Source of the DNA: Thermoleophilia bacterium
GTDB lineage: Bacteria > Actinomycetota > Thermoleophilia > RBG-16-64-13
Assembly (NCBI GenBank): GCA_040772905.1
Contig: JAXGXJ010000010.1
Coordinates: 26,701-90,700, forward strand
DNA length: 64,000 nucleotides
Reading direction: 5' to 3'
Every line of letters begins with the position of its first letter. The stretch's first letter is position 1. Made by a program: the position numbers and the translations under genes. A model generated the notes under the pieces. The model ran no database searches. It saw only the letters and a program-made list of their open reading frames with translations, and was not told the origin of the DNA. Below are positions 10,004 to 20,018 of the stretch, one piece after another.

Positions 10004-10421
10004 CGTCTTCGTCTAACCTCCTACCAAGACCCTGCCTTCAAAGCATTTCATCATACATGTCTTCGTCAGTACCGCCCCAAGTCTTGAGGAAGCGATGCTC
10101 TCAATCGACTGACTCCATCCCGCTCACAAGTAGCCCTGCACCCCCGCCATCAAAGACTCTGTCCGTCTTAGACCCAGCCCCATCGAGCAAATCCAGGCTC
10201 GGGCTGACAAAGGACTAAAGCCTCTCCCGCAGTTGGTCGATATTAAATCCACTGAAAAGCAAGTGGTTAGCCAGACACGAAAGGGCATCCCCATCGCGAG
10301 GTGGGTGCGCAAAGCCACGGGACTTCATCAGGTCGATGAAGCCAGCCGGGTTGCCGAAGTCTCCAGAGCCAGTCCTGGAGACCCAAAGCTTTGTCGGGTC
10401 AGGCCTGGACTCTGGAGGCAA

Positions 10422-12761
10422 ATGATGACTCAGAACGTCCCCCTCATTCAGTCCACCACGACCCGAATACGAAGATCCCTCAGCACGCCAGCACGAGCAT
10501 CCGTCACCTTCATCCTCTCCGCTGTACTCTTGATTCTGGCCTTTCCCGCCGTCGCAGCCGGCCAAACCCTCGACGTCACCGCCTACGGCGCCAAGGCTGA
10601 CGGGGTGACCGACGATAGGGCCGCCATCCAGCGTGCTATCGACGCCTGCCCGGCAGGCGGCACCGTCACCCTGCCGGCGGGCACCTACCGCGTAGGCTCC
10701 ACGGTCAACCTGAAGAGCGGGATCACCATCCAAGGAGCCGGACCTGAGCAGAGCATCCTTGTGATGCCCAGGCAGGCGTCGGCCACCCAGATGTTCTATG
10801 GTGGGCGTCTGACCGGCACCACCATCTCTCAACTCGGCTTCCGAGGTTCCGGTGCGTTCACGGGCAATGAATACGGCCTCTTGGTCAACGGGGCCACGGG
10901 CTGCACCCTGGAGAACCTGCGTTTCTCCGACCTGAGGTTCGGCATGAAGTTGGGCGCTGGTGAGATGTCAAGCGGGTGGATGGTGAGAGATATCGTGGCA
11001 CGAAGCTGTCGGATCGCTCTCTTCCTGGCCTCCTGCAAGGACTCGTCCTTTGTCAACCTCAACCTGCACGGCGAACCGGAGCAACCCAGCAATGTGCACG
11101 ACCACACCGTCTATATCAATGAAGATGTGACGAACTGCGTCTTTAACGGCTGTTCCTTCTCCGGAGGGGCGGGCTGGGCCCTCCAGTTCTGGGCAGACCG
11201 CGGCGGCACGCGTAACCTCACCTTCACGAACACCGTCATCGACGCACGAAATGGGAACCATCCCATCGTCGTCGGTCCCAGCTTCTCTGACATCACTTTC
11301 ACCAACACCACCATCTATGCCAAGACCGGGGACTCCGCGGTCTGGTTCTACGGGGGGAGCAACTTCACCTTCGACGGGTTCGCCGTGACCGGGGCCAAGA
11401 ATCTGGTCATCGTCGATGACAACCTGCCCGTCTCCGGCATCCAGTTCAAGAACGGCACCTTCACCGGTACCACGCTTCTCTACAACAATTGGGGTGCGGG
11501 CAATGTGCTCTTCCAGAATGTGACAGCGCCACAGGCACCTACCACTACCACCCAGGAAGTCATCACTACGACTACCACGGCGCCAAGGCCGACAACGACG
11601 ACCACAACCGAGGCACCGCCCACGACCACGACCGCACCGGCCGTGAAGATCGCTCCTACAACTACCATCGCGCCCGTGACTACTACCACCAGAGCGCCTG
11701 CGACGACTGTTGCAGCGGAACCGAGACCCACGACAACCACCACCACGGTGCCGCCTACGACCACCACTACGGCAGTGACGGCTGCTCCTCCCACTGCCAA
11801 TGCGCCTACCACCACGACTAGCGCCATCACAGTGACTCTGGAGCCCGGAGACGCGACCCCGCCGCAGACGCAGGCGCCCAGTAGCGTACTGACCATGGCT
11901 AGCCCCGCGGATGGAGAGACTGTGGGTGGTCGAGTATCGGTCCGTCTCACAGTCGCGTCAGAGACGCCGGTCGCGAAGGCACACTTCCAAGTTGATGGCC
12001 GCCCTACAAGCCTCGATTACCGCGCTCCCTATGGATTCACATGGAACACTGCATGGACTGCACCCGGCAGCGCCCACACCATCACAGGCGTTGCATACGA
12101 CAAACAGGGCCGCGAGATCGGGAGAGCATCTTCCCGAGTTACCGTCGCTGCGGGAGAACAGTCGCGGCTGCCGTTCGTCTTCCCCGTTAGGGCCGCGACA
12201 ACCGACTCAACTGATCCGGCTCCCGACGCACCCTACTACGAAGCTGTGTCTGCTCTGGTGGAGTCAGGAGCCATCTCAGGGTTCGCCGACGGACAGATCG
12301 GCGCCGAGCGCCCGATCAACCGCGCCCAGTTCGCCAAGGTGGCATCCATCGTCCTCGGTATCGACGTTGAGGAGACCACTGCCACGCCCTTCCGCGATCT
12401 AGATGATCCAGACAAAGACCTATATCCACACAAGTATGTTGCCGCTCTCTATGGAATAAGCGCGATCTTCGGGACCACTCCCACAGAGTTCTCACCGTGG
12501 AACCCACTGACCAGGGCTCAATTGGTCAGCATGCTGGTAAGAGCGATTGAAACGCTTGATCCGGGTGTACTTGCAGTCAGGTCTAGCAGCTCGCTGTCCG
12601 TGCACGGCGACTTCAGCGAAGACCACGCGCGCGCGATGGCCATCGCCGAGGCCAGCGGTCTACTGGCCGGTATCGAGGGCTACGGGGAGGATTGGGATCC
12701 ATGGGCTCTGGCCACTCGGGGAGAAACGGCGCAGATCGTGCAGAACCTCATCGGCCTGTAG
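10422..12761 (+). CDS. Secreted right-handed beta-helix (pectate-lyase-3-like) protein with Thr/Pro-rich linker, Ig-like region and C-terminal SLH domains
   Basis: GGAGG lies 4 nt before the ATG at 10422. Signal peptide ...LILAFPAVAAGQ. DVTAYGAKADGVTDDRAAIQRAIDACPAGGTVTLPAGTYRV is a beta-helix N-cap. About 100 aa of T/P-rich linker follow. C-terminal SLH-like repeats carry RAQFAKV, TRAQLVSMLVRA and ATRGETAQIVQNL. Confidence 0.85.
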   Translation: MMTQNVPLIQSTTTRIRRSLSTPARASVTFILSAVLLILAFPAVAAGQTLDVTAYGAKADGVTDDRAAIQRAIDACPAGGTVTLPAGTYRVGSTVNLKSGITIQGAGPEQSILVMPRQASATQMFYGGRLTGTTISQLGFRGSGAFTGNEYGLLVNGATGCTLENLRFSDLRFGMKLGAGEMSSGWMVRDIVARSCRIALFLASCKDSSFVNLNLHGEPEQPSNVHDHTVYINEDVTNCVFNGCSFSGGAGWALQFWADRGGTRNLTFTNTVIDARNGNHPIVVGPSFSDITFTNTTIYAKTGDSAVWFYGGSNFTFDGFAVTGAKNLVIVDDNLPVSGIQFKNGTFTGTTLLYNNWGAGNVLFQNVTAPQAPTTTTQEVITTTTTAPRPTTTTTTEAPPTTTTAPAVKIAPTTTIAPVTTTTRAPATTVAAEPRPTTTTTTVPPTTTTTAVTAAPPTANAPTTTTSAITVTLEPGDATPPQTQAPSSVLTMASPADGETVGGRVSVRLTVASETPVAKAHFQVDGRPTSLDYRAPYGFTWNTAWTAPGSAHTITGVAYDKQGREIGRASSRVTVAAGEQSRLPFVFPVRAATTDSTDPAPDAPYYEAVSALVESGAISGFADGQIGAERPINRAQFAKVASIVLGIDVEETTATPFRDLDDPDKDLYPHKYVAALYGISAIFGTTPTEFSPWNPLTRAQLVSMLVRAIETLDPGVLAVRSSSSLSVHGDFSEDHARAMAIAEASGLLAGIEGYGEDWDPWALATRGETAQIVQNLIGL

Positions 12762-12825
12762 TCTGCATCACCCTGAACGCATGGTGAGAAGGATGTTCAT
12801 CACCTGCCGCAGCCGTACCTGACCC

Positions 12826-12857
12826 GTGACTGGGGCTCATCATCGAGCCCTAGTCAC
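12826..12857. terminator. Hairpin between convergent genes, possible bidirectional terminator
   Basis: GTGACTGGGGCTC-atcatc-GAGCCCTAGTCAC forms a 13 bp stem with one G-U pair. It overlaps the stop codon of the 12850..14007 gene. There is no strong U-tract. Confidence 0.4.
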
Positions 12858-14007
12858 GGTAGGTCATCGCCACCGCCTCCTGTAGTTCGGCTGAGGCCTC
12901 GGTTATGCCGGGGCTGGAGTCGTAACAGGGTGGTTTCACCGCGTAATCACGATACTCGTCCGGGTCACCAGTCTCTCCCGCTTCTGCGGCTCGGATGACG
13001 TTGTACAACTCGCGCGCCGTGACGTAATGGAGCACGTACCGGGAACCGTCGTTGTAGGCCGCCTCCAGGTGCTTGAATCCTTCGTCCATGGCACGGCCGA
13101 GAACCACATCGGCATCAGTCGCTCCGTGGGTGTGTACCTTGACGATGACCCAGTCCGGTCTCCCTGCTACATGGATGGACGTACCCACCCAAGCTTCGAT
13201 GAGTCTCCCCGTGGGGGGTCTGCGGCTGTTGATGGAGTCACCGAAGGTCAGCCTGCCTTCAACCCACACAGGCCGCACCGGTCCTTGAATCATGAGCAGC
13301 CCTGACTGCGTCCTCACCCCGGCCCGCGCACGCGGCCCAGACGAATACGATTTCGGGCGATGGCGGTGGATGTCCGCGTAATACACGCGATTGATATTCC
13401 TGGGATTACTTCTCTGACACGAGGGAAAGGTGAAGTCCGCGTAGCATCCGGTCTCTTGAAGGATCGAGATCTCGCTATCCACGCCGCAGTATCTTCCCTG
13501 CGGCCCCGAATTGTTGAGAGCCCAGTCACCGTGTATGAATCCATACCGCCGTCGTCCATCCTCCGTGCCGAAGATCCCGAACTGCGCGTAATCGCGCAGA
13601 CACAGGAGAAGAGTGTGTTGCAGGTTCTCTGGCGTATCGGGAACGGTCTTCCCGTGGTGCAGGTGCAGCTCGATCTCCCCGTACCCGCGTTGGCAGAGAG
13701 AAACGAGTTTGCCAAGGCTTCCGTAGCGGTGGTAGTGCGGCGGGAAGAACCAGGTTCGCCGGGGCGGTCGTCCAGAGGCGTCCGCATGCGCGTCCACGAG
13801 CGGAGGGTACCTGTCAAGCAATGCTCCCACTCTTTCCGTTTCCACGCCGGGCTCGACTGCGCCCACCCCAGGTTCGTAGTGGTCCACCATGCAGAACAGG
13901 AGGTGGATCGGCCGTATCGGCGCGCGCAGAGACTGGGCAAGATACAAAGCAGGCCAGCGTGTCAGCGTCGAAAGAAGAAACCCCAGGCTGTCTCGAATGT
14001 CTCTCAC
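12850..14007 (-). CDS. Conserved hypothetical protein, possibly a metal-dependent carbohydrate esterase/deacetylase-like enzyme
   Basis: 385 aa with globular composition and His/Asp-rich motifs CMVDHYEP and IELHLHHGK. An ATGA overlap gives translational coupling to the upstream GT4 gene. No family recognised with confidence. Confidence 0.55.
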   Translation of the reverse strand: MRDIRDSLGFLLSTLTRWPALYLAQSLRAPIRPIHLLFCMVDHYEPGVGAVEPGVETERVGALLDRYPPLVDAHADASGRPPRRTWFFPPHYHRYGSLGKLVSLCQRGYGEIELHLHHGKTVPDTPENLQHTLLLCLRDYAQFGIFGTEDGRRRYGFIHGDWALNNSGPQGRYCGVDSEISILQETGCYADFTFPSCQRSNPRNINRVYYADIHRHRPKSYSSGPRARAGVRTQSGLLMIQGPVRPVWVEGRLTFGDSINSRRPPTGRLIEAWVGTSIHVAGRPDWVIVKVHTHGATDADVVLGRAMDEGFKHLEAAYNDGSRYVLHYVTARELYNVIRAAEAGETGDPDEYRDYAVKPPCYDSSPGITEASAELQEAVAMTYRD

Positions 14008-15341
14008 TTCTGCACCGGTTCTCCCACCTTCGCTCGAGGATTCGCCATGCGCTCCTCCACGACACCCCCGGACGCTGGAAACGTATTAGGGGCAGAAGCA
14101 GCCCACATCCGCGCCAGCAGGTCCGCGGTGGTACGCTCGACGGCATAATCGCTCTCGATCCGCCGCCTCCCAGCCAGCCCGATATGCGACCGTGCGCCGG
14201 GGTGGAGGATGAGCTGCTGCAGGGCATCGGCCAAAGCCTCGGGGTCTTCTGGATCGACCATGAGGCCGCCCTCTTCCCCGATCAATTCCGGGATGCCCCC
14301 CGTTCCCGTTGAGACGACCGGGATGCCATAAGCCATGGCCTCCATCAGGGCCACGGGGATGCCCTCGTGCTCGTGTTTCCCGAGATCGACACTGGGCAGG
14401 ACAACTACATCGACTGTGCGGTTGCCGTACCACTCGAGTACACGTTCGTGAGGAACCTGGCCGCAGAAGGTGACCCTGTCCTCAAGGTCCAGCGCGGCGA
14501 CCTGGGCCTGTAGAGTCTCAAGTAGTTGTCCACGCCCGGCGACCCACAAGGAGCAAGCGAGTCCGCGGTCCTTGAGCACGCGCACGGCCTCGATCAAGTA
14601 TCGATGCCCCTTGACGGGATAGAGATGCGCAGGACAGAGGGCAAGAAACTCTGGTCCGTCGCTGCTCACGAAGGCAGGCAGATCAGGGAGATGGACACCC
14701 ATATGAATGACACACAGTCTGTCTGGGGAGCCGAAGGCTCCGACGTCGCGAGCGATGTCGAGTCCCGACCGGGAGATGAACCTGGTGAAGGATGCCTTGT
14801 GCATCTTGAGGGTCAGCAGGTTGGGTTCAGCAATATCGTTCCTGTGTAGAGTAAGGCTCCACGGAATCCCGCTCAGTTCGCCCGCAATCAGAGCCATGGT
14901 GGCCGTGGTACGGCCCCAATGCGCGTGTAGGTGGTCGGCGTGCCATCGCCTGGCTACGCGAGCCAGCCACAGTCCTTTTGCGAGCACGAGGAAGTTCCGG
15001 GCCATCACGGAAGTACTACGGCTCTTCGACAACAGCATCAAGACTCGACAGGTGGCTCTCGGATGCGCGAGACCCTCCAACACAGCCAGCAGCAGAACCG
15101 ACGGACTGAGCAGAGGTCGACGAAGGCTATGGTGCGCGAGTTCGGCTGCGTCTTGGTTGAAAACCTCGCCTCTTGGAGAGCGAGGTACGATCAGCATGTC
15201 GCAGCCCTGCCTGAGCAACTCACGGGCCTCGGCCACCAAGAACTGCTCCTCCAGCCCAAAGGGCATGGTGGTCGTGAGGTAGACTAAGCGAAGTGTCTTC
15301 TTCCCAGGCACGTGGGGCTCCCTCCAAGGATCCTTGGCCAT
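14004..15341 (-). CDS. Glycosyltransferase family 4
   Basis: ORF 14004..15560 trimmed to MAKDPWREPHVPGKKTLRLVYLTT; an alternative start is at 15371. EGIPVALMEAMAYGIPVVST motif. Confidence 0.8.
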   Translation of the reverse strand: MAKDPWREPHVPGKKTLRLVYLTTTMPFGLEEQFLVAEARELLRQGCDMLIVPRSPRGEVFNQDAAELAHHSLRRPLLSPSVLLLAVLEGLAHPRATCRVLMLLSKSRSTSVMARNFLVLAKGLWLARVARRWHADHLHAHWGRTTATMALIAGELSGIPWSLTLHRNDIAEPNLLTLKMHKASFTRFISRSGLDIARDVGAFGSPDRLCVIHMGVHLPDLPAFVSSDGPEFLALCPAHLYPVKGHRYLIEAVRVLKDRGLACSLWVAGRGQLLETLQAQVAALDLEDRVTFCGQVPHERVLEWYGNRTVDVVVLPSVDLGKHEHEGIPVALMEAMAYGIPVVSTGTGGIPELIGEEGGLMVDPEDPEALADALQQLILHPGARSHIGLAGRRRIESDYAVERTTADLLARMWAASAPNTFPASGGVVEERMANPRAKVGEPVQK

Positions 15342-15431
15342 CGGATCGTCGAGGTACTCTGTGGCGACCATGCTTCTGTTGGCTCCACATTCTATATGTT
15401 GCGACCATGCGGCATCCAAGACGGGTTGCCA

Positions 15432-16655
15432 ATGAATGAAGCCCTCCGACACATGAGCCCGGACGCAAGGCCCGCAATCGTACACGCTGCGGATTTCGCG
15501 GCACCTTATGGAGGCAACTTCATCGCCTCTCTCCGCAGATTGGCGGCCTCCTGTGAACATCGAGGCTGGCGATTTGTGTTAGCTCTTCCGGCTTCTGCCG
15601 CAGAGCGTGAGTGGTGCGCTCGCCTGGTTGAGGACGGATACCAGCTGCGCTTTCTGGGTGACAACACCGTGGCGCCCAGAACAGCGTGCGCGCTGGCCGA
15701 AGTGATTCGGGAAAGTGGTGCTGTCCTGGTTCACACGCACTTCTCGCTCTACGATGTCCCTAGTTCGCTCGCCCGCTACATGCTCCGCCCCAGAGGCGTG
15801 CGAGTTCAAATGGTATGGCACTACCATTCGGATTTTCCCGCTACGCTGACCACCGTTCGCCGGCTGAAGGATCTGGCGAAATACCGGATGCTGGGCCGAA
15901 CGGCTCATATCATTGCGGTTTCCGAACACCTTCGGACAAGCGTGGTGAGTGCCGGGTTCTCATCCGCGCGCGCACACACGGTCCACAATGGGATTGACCT
16001 TGCTCGGGCTACACAGGCAAGACGTCCACCCGAAGAGATACGAGCTCAGCTTGGCATACCTGCCCAAACACCGTTGCTCCTGCTCTTCGGATGGGAGCCA
16101 ACGGTCAAAGGCGTGGATGTTGCCATGGATGCGGTTGAGTACCTCGTCACGTCCGGGCGACAAGTCGTCCTGGGCATCGTGGGAACGGAGGCACTGCGCG
16201 AATTCGTGGTGCGCCGGAACGGCAACGAACCCGTTCCATGGCTTCGCGTCCTTGATCCCACCGACGATGTGGCCGCCCTGTATCAAGCCGCATCGGTCTT
16301 TCTCTCTGCGAGCCGCAGTGAAGGATTCCCGTACTCCGTGTGCGAGGCGATGGCGAACAATCTGCCGACGGTTGTAAGCGACCTGCCCGGGGTTGCATGG
16401 GCGCGAAACACTCCCGGCGCCGCCTTCTTTCCTGTGGGGAACAGTCGTGCCTTGGCAGCCGCCATCTGTGACGTGCTCGCCTGGACCGATGAAGACCGCT
16501 CCAGGCGTGTGCGCGCTGACTCTCGCTATGTCAGCGACAACCACAGCGTAGAATCCTGGGCTGATAACATCTGCGACCTGTACGAGGAGATGCTCTACTC
16601 CCTTGACCCGACCGACTGCAAGAGAACTGCCCCAGATGACAAAGAGAGTACTTGA
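15432..16655 (+). CDS. Glycosyltransferase family 4
   Basis: ORF 15312..16655 trimmed to avoid overlap with the divergent gene; an alternative ATG is at 15453. EGFPYSVCEAMANNLPTVVSD motif. Confidence 0.8.
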   Translation: MNEALRHMSPDARPAIVHAADFAAPYGGNFIASLRRLAASCEHRGWRFVLALPASAAEREWCARLVEDGYQLRFLGDNTVAPRTACALAEVIRESGAVLVHTHFSLYDVPSSLARYMLRPRGVRVQMVWHYHSDFPATLTTVRRLKDLAKYRMLGRTAHIIAVSEHLRTSVVSAGFSSARAHTVHNGIDLARATQARRPPEEIRAQLGIPAQTPLLLLFGWEPTVKGVDVAMDAVEYLVTSGRQVVLGIVGTEALREFVVRRNGNEPVPWLRVLDPTDDVAALYQAASVFLSASRSEGFPYSVCEAMANNLPTVVSDLPGVAWARNTPGAAFFPVGNSRALAAAICDVLAWTDEDRSRRVRADSRYVSDNHSVESWADNICDLYEEMLYSLDPTDCKRTAPDDKEST

Positions 16656-17244
16656 CATTCTTCTGGCCGCCTTCGGCCTCGTGCTGTTGGCTCCGCCTCT
16701 GGCCATCATCGCGGTCCTGGTGCGTATCCGAGACGGGTCGCCCGTCCTCTACAAGGCGACCCGCGTTGGCCTGCATGGCCGCCTGTTCCAGTTGCTCAAG
16801 TTCCGCACCATGGTCCCCTCAGAGCGCCCCCCGATGGGCTCCTCTGTCACCGTATGGGCCGATCCTCGGGTGACCCCCCTCGGACGGACCCTGCGCAAAC
16901 ACAAACTCGATGAACTGCCTCAACTGCTGAACGTGCTGCGAGGAGACATAAGCTTCGTGGGGCCACGCCCGGAGGACCCCGAGTATGTGGCCCTCTACAC
17001 AGCCGAGCAGCGCCGGGTACTCTCTGTCCGACCCGGCATCACCGGTGCCGCTGCCCTCCAGTACACGGATGAGGAGGAACTACTCAAGGGTGACGACTGG
17101 GAAGAGACCTATAGGGAGAAGATCATGCCCGCCAAACTTGCGCTCGAACTGGACTACTTGACCCGGCGCTCGCTTGTTACCGACTTAGGTATGATCATGA
17201 TGACAGTACTCAAGTTGGTGGATCGCGCACGGAGCAGGAGGTGA
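16636..17244 (+). CDS. Small initiating phosphoglycosyl transferase (bacterial sugar transferase, PglC/WbaP C-domain type)
   Basis: MTKRVLDILLAAFGLVLLAPPLAIIAVLVRI re-entrant helix. Signature KFRTM...DELPQLLNVLRGDISFVGPRPE. Confidence 0.88.
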   Translation: MTKRVLDILLAAFGLVLLAPPLAIIAVLVRIRDGSPVLYKATRVGLHGRLFQLLKFRTMVPSERPPMGSSVTVWADPRVTPLGRTLRKHKLDELPQLLNVLRGDISFVGPRPEDPEYVALYTAEQRRVLSVRPGITGAAALQYTDEEELLKGDDWEETYREKIMPAKLALELDYLTRRSLVTDLGMIMMTVLKLVDRARSRR

Positions 17245-18380
17245 TGAACGCAGTGCCTCCTGAGCCTGATTTCCTGGTGCCCATGTCGGCGCCCGATATC
17301 ACGGAGGACGACGTTGCGGCGGTGGCTGCGGTCATCCGCTCAAAGCGGCTCGCGCTCGGCCCCAAGTCTCTAGAGTTCGAGACGCTTCTGGCTCAGTATG
17401 TGGGAGTCCGTCATGCGGTGGCAGCAAGCTCAGGGACGGCCGCCCTCCATCTGCTGGTAAGGGGCCTCGGCCTGGGTGAGGGTGATGAGGTGCTGGTCCC
17501 GTCGTTCACCTTCGCGGCCAGCGTGAACGCCATCCTCTACGAACGTGCCACACCGGTCTTCGTAGATGTCGATCCTCACACCTACAACCTCGATCCTGCC
17601 GATCTTGAGGCCAAGATCACGCCGCGTACACGAGCCGTGATGGCGGTGGATGCCTTCGGGCACCCGGCCCCCTGGCAGGAACTAGACGATATCGCCTCAC
17701 GGTACGGCTTAGCGGTGCTCGACGATGCCTGCGAGGGGCTGGGGGCCGAGTACCGCGGCAGAAGACTCGGCAACTTCGGCTCCGGGGCAGCCTTCGCCTT
17801 CTATCCCAACAAACAGATAACGGCGGGCGAAGGCGGGGTGATCGTGACCGACGACGATGATCTGGCCGCATTTGCGCGCAGCGCACGCAACCAGGGACGA
17901 GGCGACGGCCCCTGGCTCGATCACGCGCGACTCGGCTACAACTACCGCCTGGACGAAATGAGCGCCGCCCTAGTGGGATCACAGTTCATCCGCCTCGAGA
18001 CGATACTGCAGAAACGGGCCCAGGTGGCCGCAAGGTACGGGGAGAGGCTGGCCAGCGTGGCTGGGGTGCGACTTCCACAGGTGGAGCCCCATGTGAAGAT
18101 GAGCTGGTTCGTGTACGTCGTCACATTGGACCCAGGAATCGACGCGGCCAGGGTGATCGCCGGGATGGAGCTACGGCGCATCCCGGTGCGTGTCTACTTC
18201 ATGCCCATCCATCAGCAACCATACATCCAAGCCATGGAGCTCAGCGCGTACACCTTGCCGGTGACCGAGTCGCTTGCGGGTAGAACGCTGGCCCTACCTT
18301 TCCACAACCATCTCTCCGAAGAGGAGATCGAGCTGGTGGCTACGGCCCTCGAAGAAAGCATCCAGGAGGCCGGCGGTTAG
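17241..18380 (+). CDS. DegT/DnrJ/EryC1/StrS-family sugar aminotransferase
   Basis: 4-nt overlap with the upstream gene. AVAASSGTAALHL, FYPNKQITAGEGGVIVTDD (PLP Lys) and GYNYRLDEMSAAL motifs. Confidence 0.88.
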   Translation: MMNAVPPEPDFLVPMSAPDITEDDVAAVAAVIRSKRLALGPKSLEFETLLAQYVGVRHAVAASSGTAALHLLVRGLGLGEGDEVLVPSFTFAASVNAILYERATPVFVDVDPHTYNLDPADLEAKITPRTRAVMAVDAFGHPAPWQELDDIASRYGLAVLDDACEGLGAEYRGRRLGNFGSGAAFAFYPNKQITAGEGGVIVTDDDDLAAFARSARNQGRGDGPWLDHARLGYNYRLDEMSAALVGSQFIRLETILQKRAQVAARYGERLASVAGVRLPQVEPHVKMSWFVYVVTLDPGIDAARVIAGMELRRIPVRVYFMPIHQQPYIQAMELSAYTLPVTESLAGRTLALPFHNHLSEEEIELVATALEESIQEAGG

Positions 18381-18582
18381 GTTTCGTGATCCTTCTCGCT
18401 CGTCGAAAGAGAGGCCGATTCGCAGCGCGACTACTGGAGACGCTACGAAATGCCGAAGAGTCTACTAGACGCCACTTTGTGCCGAAATAGAAGAAACAGC
18501 GAAATGACGAAAGAGAACCAGCCCCTCGTCATTGACTGCAGCCTCACCACCGTGAAGTCAGGGAGACAGCCCTAGAAGAGCC

Positions 18583-19884
18583 ATGCGGATCTGGATTGCG
18601 ACAGTCAGCGAGCAGGTACCGTCCGACTCACCCAACGAACGTCTATTGAGGGGTGGCATCTGGGCCCATGAGTTGGCGCGACTCGGTCACGAGGTAGTCT
18701 GGTGGACTGACAACGTCGACCACATGCGAAAGAGGCTGCGGGGGGCTGCGAACGTCAGGGCAAACCTAGCGCCCAACCTCGAACTCCGGATGGTAGCGGG
18801 ACGCGGCTACAGGCGTAGTGTCTCGATTGCGCGCCTTCTGCATTACCGCCGCACCTCGGTCGAGTTGGCCAGATGGATGAGGGAGAGCGAACCACCAGAT
18901 GTCTGCATCGCCGCCCTTCCGGCCCTGGAATGGGATGAAACGGTGCTTGACGTTGGAGAAGCCCTGAGGTTCCCGGTAGTTGTCGACTGTCGTGACATGT
19001 GGCCAGACATCTTCGTGACCATGGTGCCACGATACATGAGGTGGCCCACGCGGCTGGCTCTTGATCCGCTGTACCGCAAGAAGAAGCGAATCCTTCAGCG
19101 AGCTTATGCGATCTCGGGTATCACAAGTCAGTATCTGGAATGGGGTTTGAAGGGGGCTGAACGCGAGAACAACGGACGCGACTTCGTGGCACATCACACA
19201 TATTCCCCGCCCGGCTTCACCCGTGAGGAATTGCAGGAAGCCCAGCACTTCTGGGATGACAAGGGGCTGGCAGAGAATCGAGATGTCCTTACCATCTGTT
19301 ACTTCGGCGTTCTAGGTACGAGCACCGACTTCCGCCCAGTCGTGGCTGGACTCGGACTTCTTGGGCCTCACGCCAGCCGAGTGCGTCTGGTGGTGTGCGG
19401 CGATGGTTATAGGCTCAACGAGATCCGGAAGTTGGCCGCCGGCATGGACAATGTGCACTTCGCCGGCCATGTCTCAGGCGTGCACCTAAGGGCAATGATG
19501 GATCGTGCGGACATTGGACTCGCCCCGTTCGCCTCCATCCCCAACTTCCTATTGAACATACCAGGCAAGATCAGCGAGTACTTGTCCAACGGACTGCCCA
19601 TTCTGTGCGGGATCTCAGGTGCAACTTGGGAATACGTCCGATCCAACCGCTGCGGATGGCTATACGAAGATGCCGCGGATTTCTCCAACTGCGTAGCCCA
19701 CCTGCTCGACGAGCCCGAGCTTCACCATGCCGCTTCCATTCATGCCAGAGAAGCGTTCCAGCGCGATTTCCGCGTGGATCACGTAGTCCAGGTCGCTGAC
19801 CGATCCCTACAGTTCATCGCTGACCAGTGGAAAGCCTCGGGGGCAAGTGCTCTCGACCGAGTCTCGCCGCGACGAACATCCTGA
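18583..19884 (+). CDS. Glycosyltransferase (GT4-like, WbuB-type)
   Basis: 433 aa. MRIWIATVSEQVPSD N-terminus and the C-terminal PGKISEYLSNGLPILCG block. Confidence 0.7.
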   Translation: MRIWIATVSEQVPSDSPNERLLRGGIWAHELARLGHEVVWWTDNVDHMRKRLRGAANVRANLAPNLELRMVAGRGYRRSVSIARLLHYRRTSVELARWMRESEPPDVCIAALPALEWDETVLDVGEALRFPVVVDCRDMWPDIFVTMVPRYMRWPTRLALDPLYRKKKRILQRAYAISGITSQYLEWGLKGAERENNGRDFVAHHTYSPPGFTREELQEAQHFWDDKGLAENRDVLTICYFGVLGTSTDFRPVVAGLGLLGPHASRVRLVVCGDGYRLNEIRKLAAGMDNVHFAGHVSGVHLRAMMDRADIGLAPFASIPNFLLNIPGKISEYLSNGLPILCGISGATWEYVRSNRCGWLYEDAADFSNCVAHLLDEPELHHAASIHAREAFQRDFRVDHVVQVADRSLQFIADQWKASGASALDRVSPRRTS

Positions 19885-20018
19885 GGACTGTCCGCCCTCG
19901 GCCAAGATCACCCGGTCCCACTACCATGCCCGATGGAGCCGAGGCCCCACGAGGCGGACACTCGAACGCTTTCTTCCTGCTAGGCTCGTTTGAAACACCA
20001 CGAGAAGGAGGAGTGCAA

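Noticed and set aside
10004-10421. 418-nt gap between the divergent Wzz-kinase and beta-helix genes, examined for a small gene or RNA element
   Set aside because: It holds only a 64-aa ORF with implausible composition (10124..10318, minus) and one short 8-bp inverted repeat. Nothing there is supportable beyond presumed divergent promoters.
11480-11950. Val-rich 156-aa minus-strand ORF (also 25545..26012)
   Set aside because: It is the reverse-complement reading of the Thr-codon-rich linkers (ACN read as NGT gives Val/Gly). It is not an independent gene.
15312-15431. N-terminal extension of the GT4 ORF, and the matching extension of the divergent GT4 up to 15560
   Set aside because: The two extended ORFs would overlap head-to-head by about 250 nt. 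The extensions lack GT4 similarity, so both genes were trimmed to internal starts.
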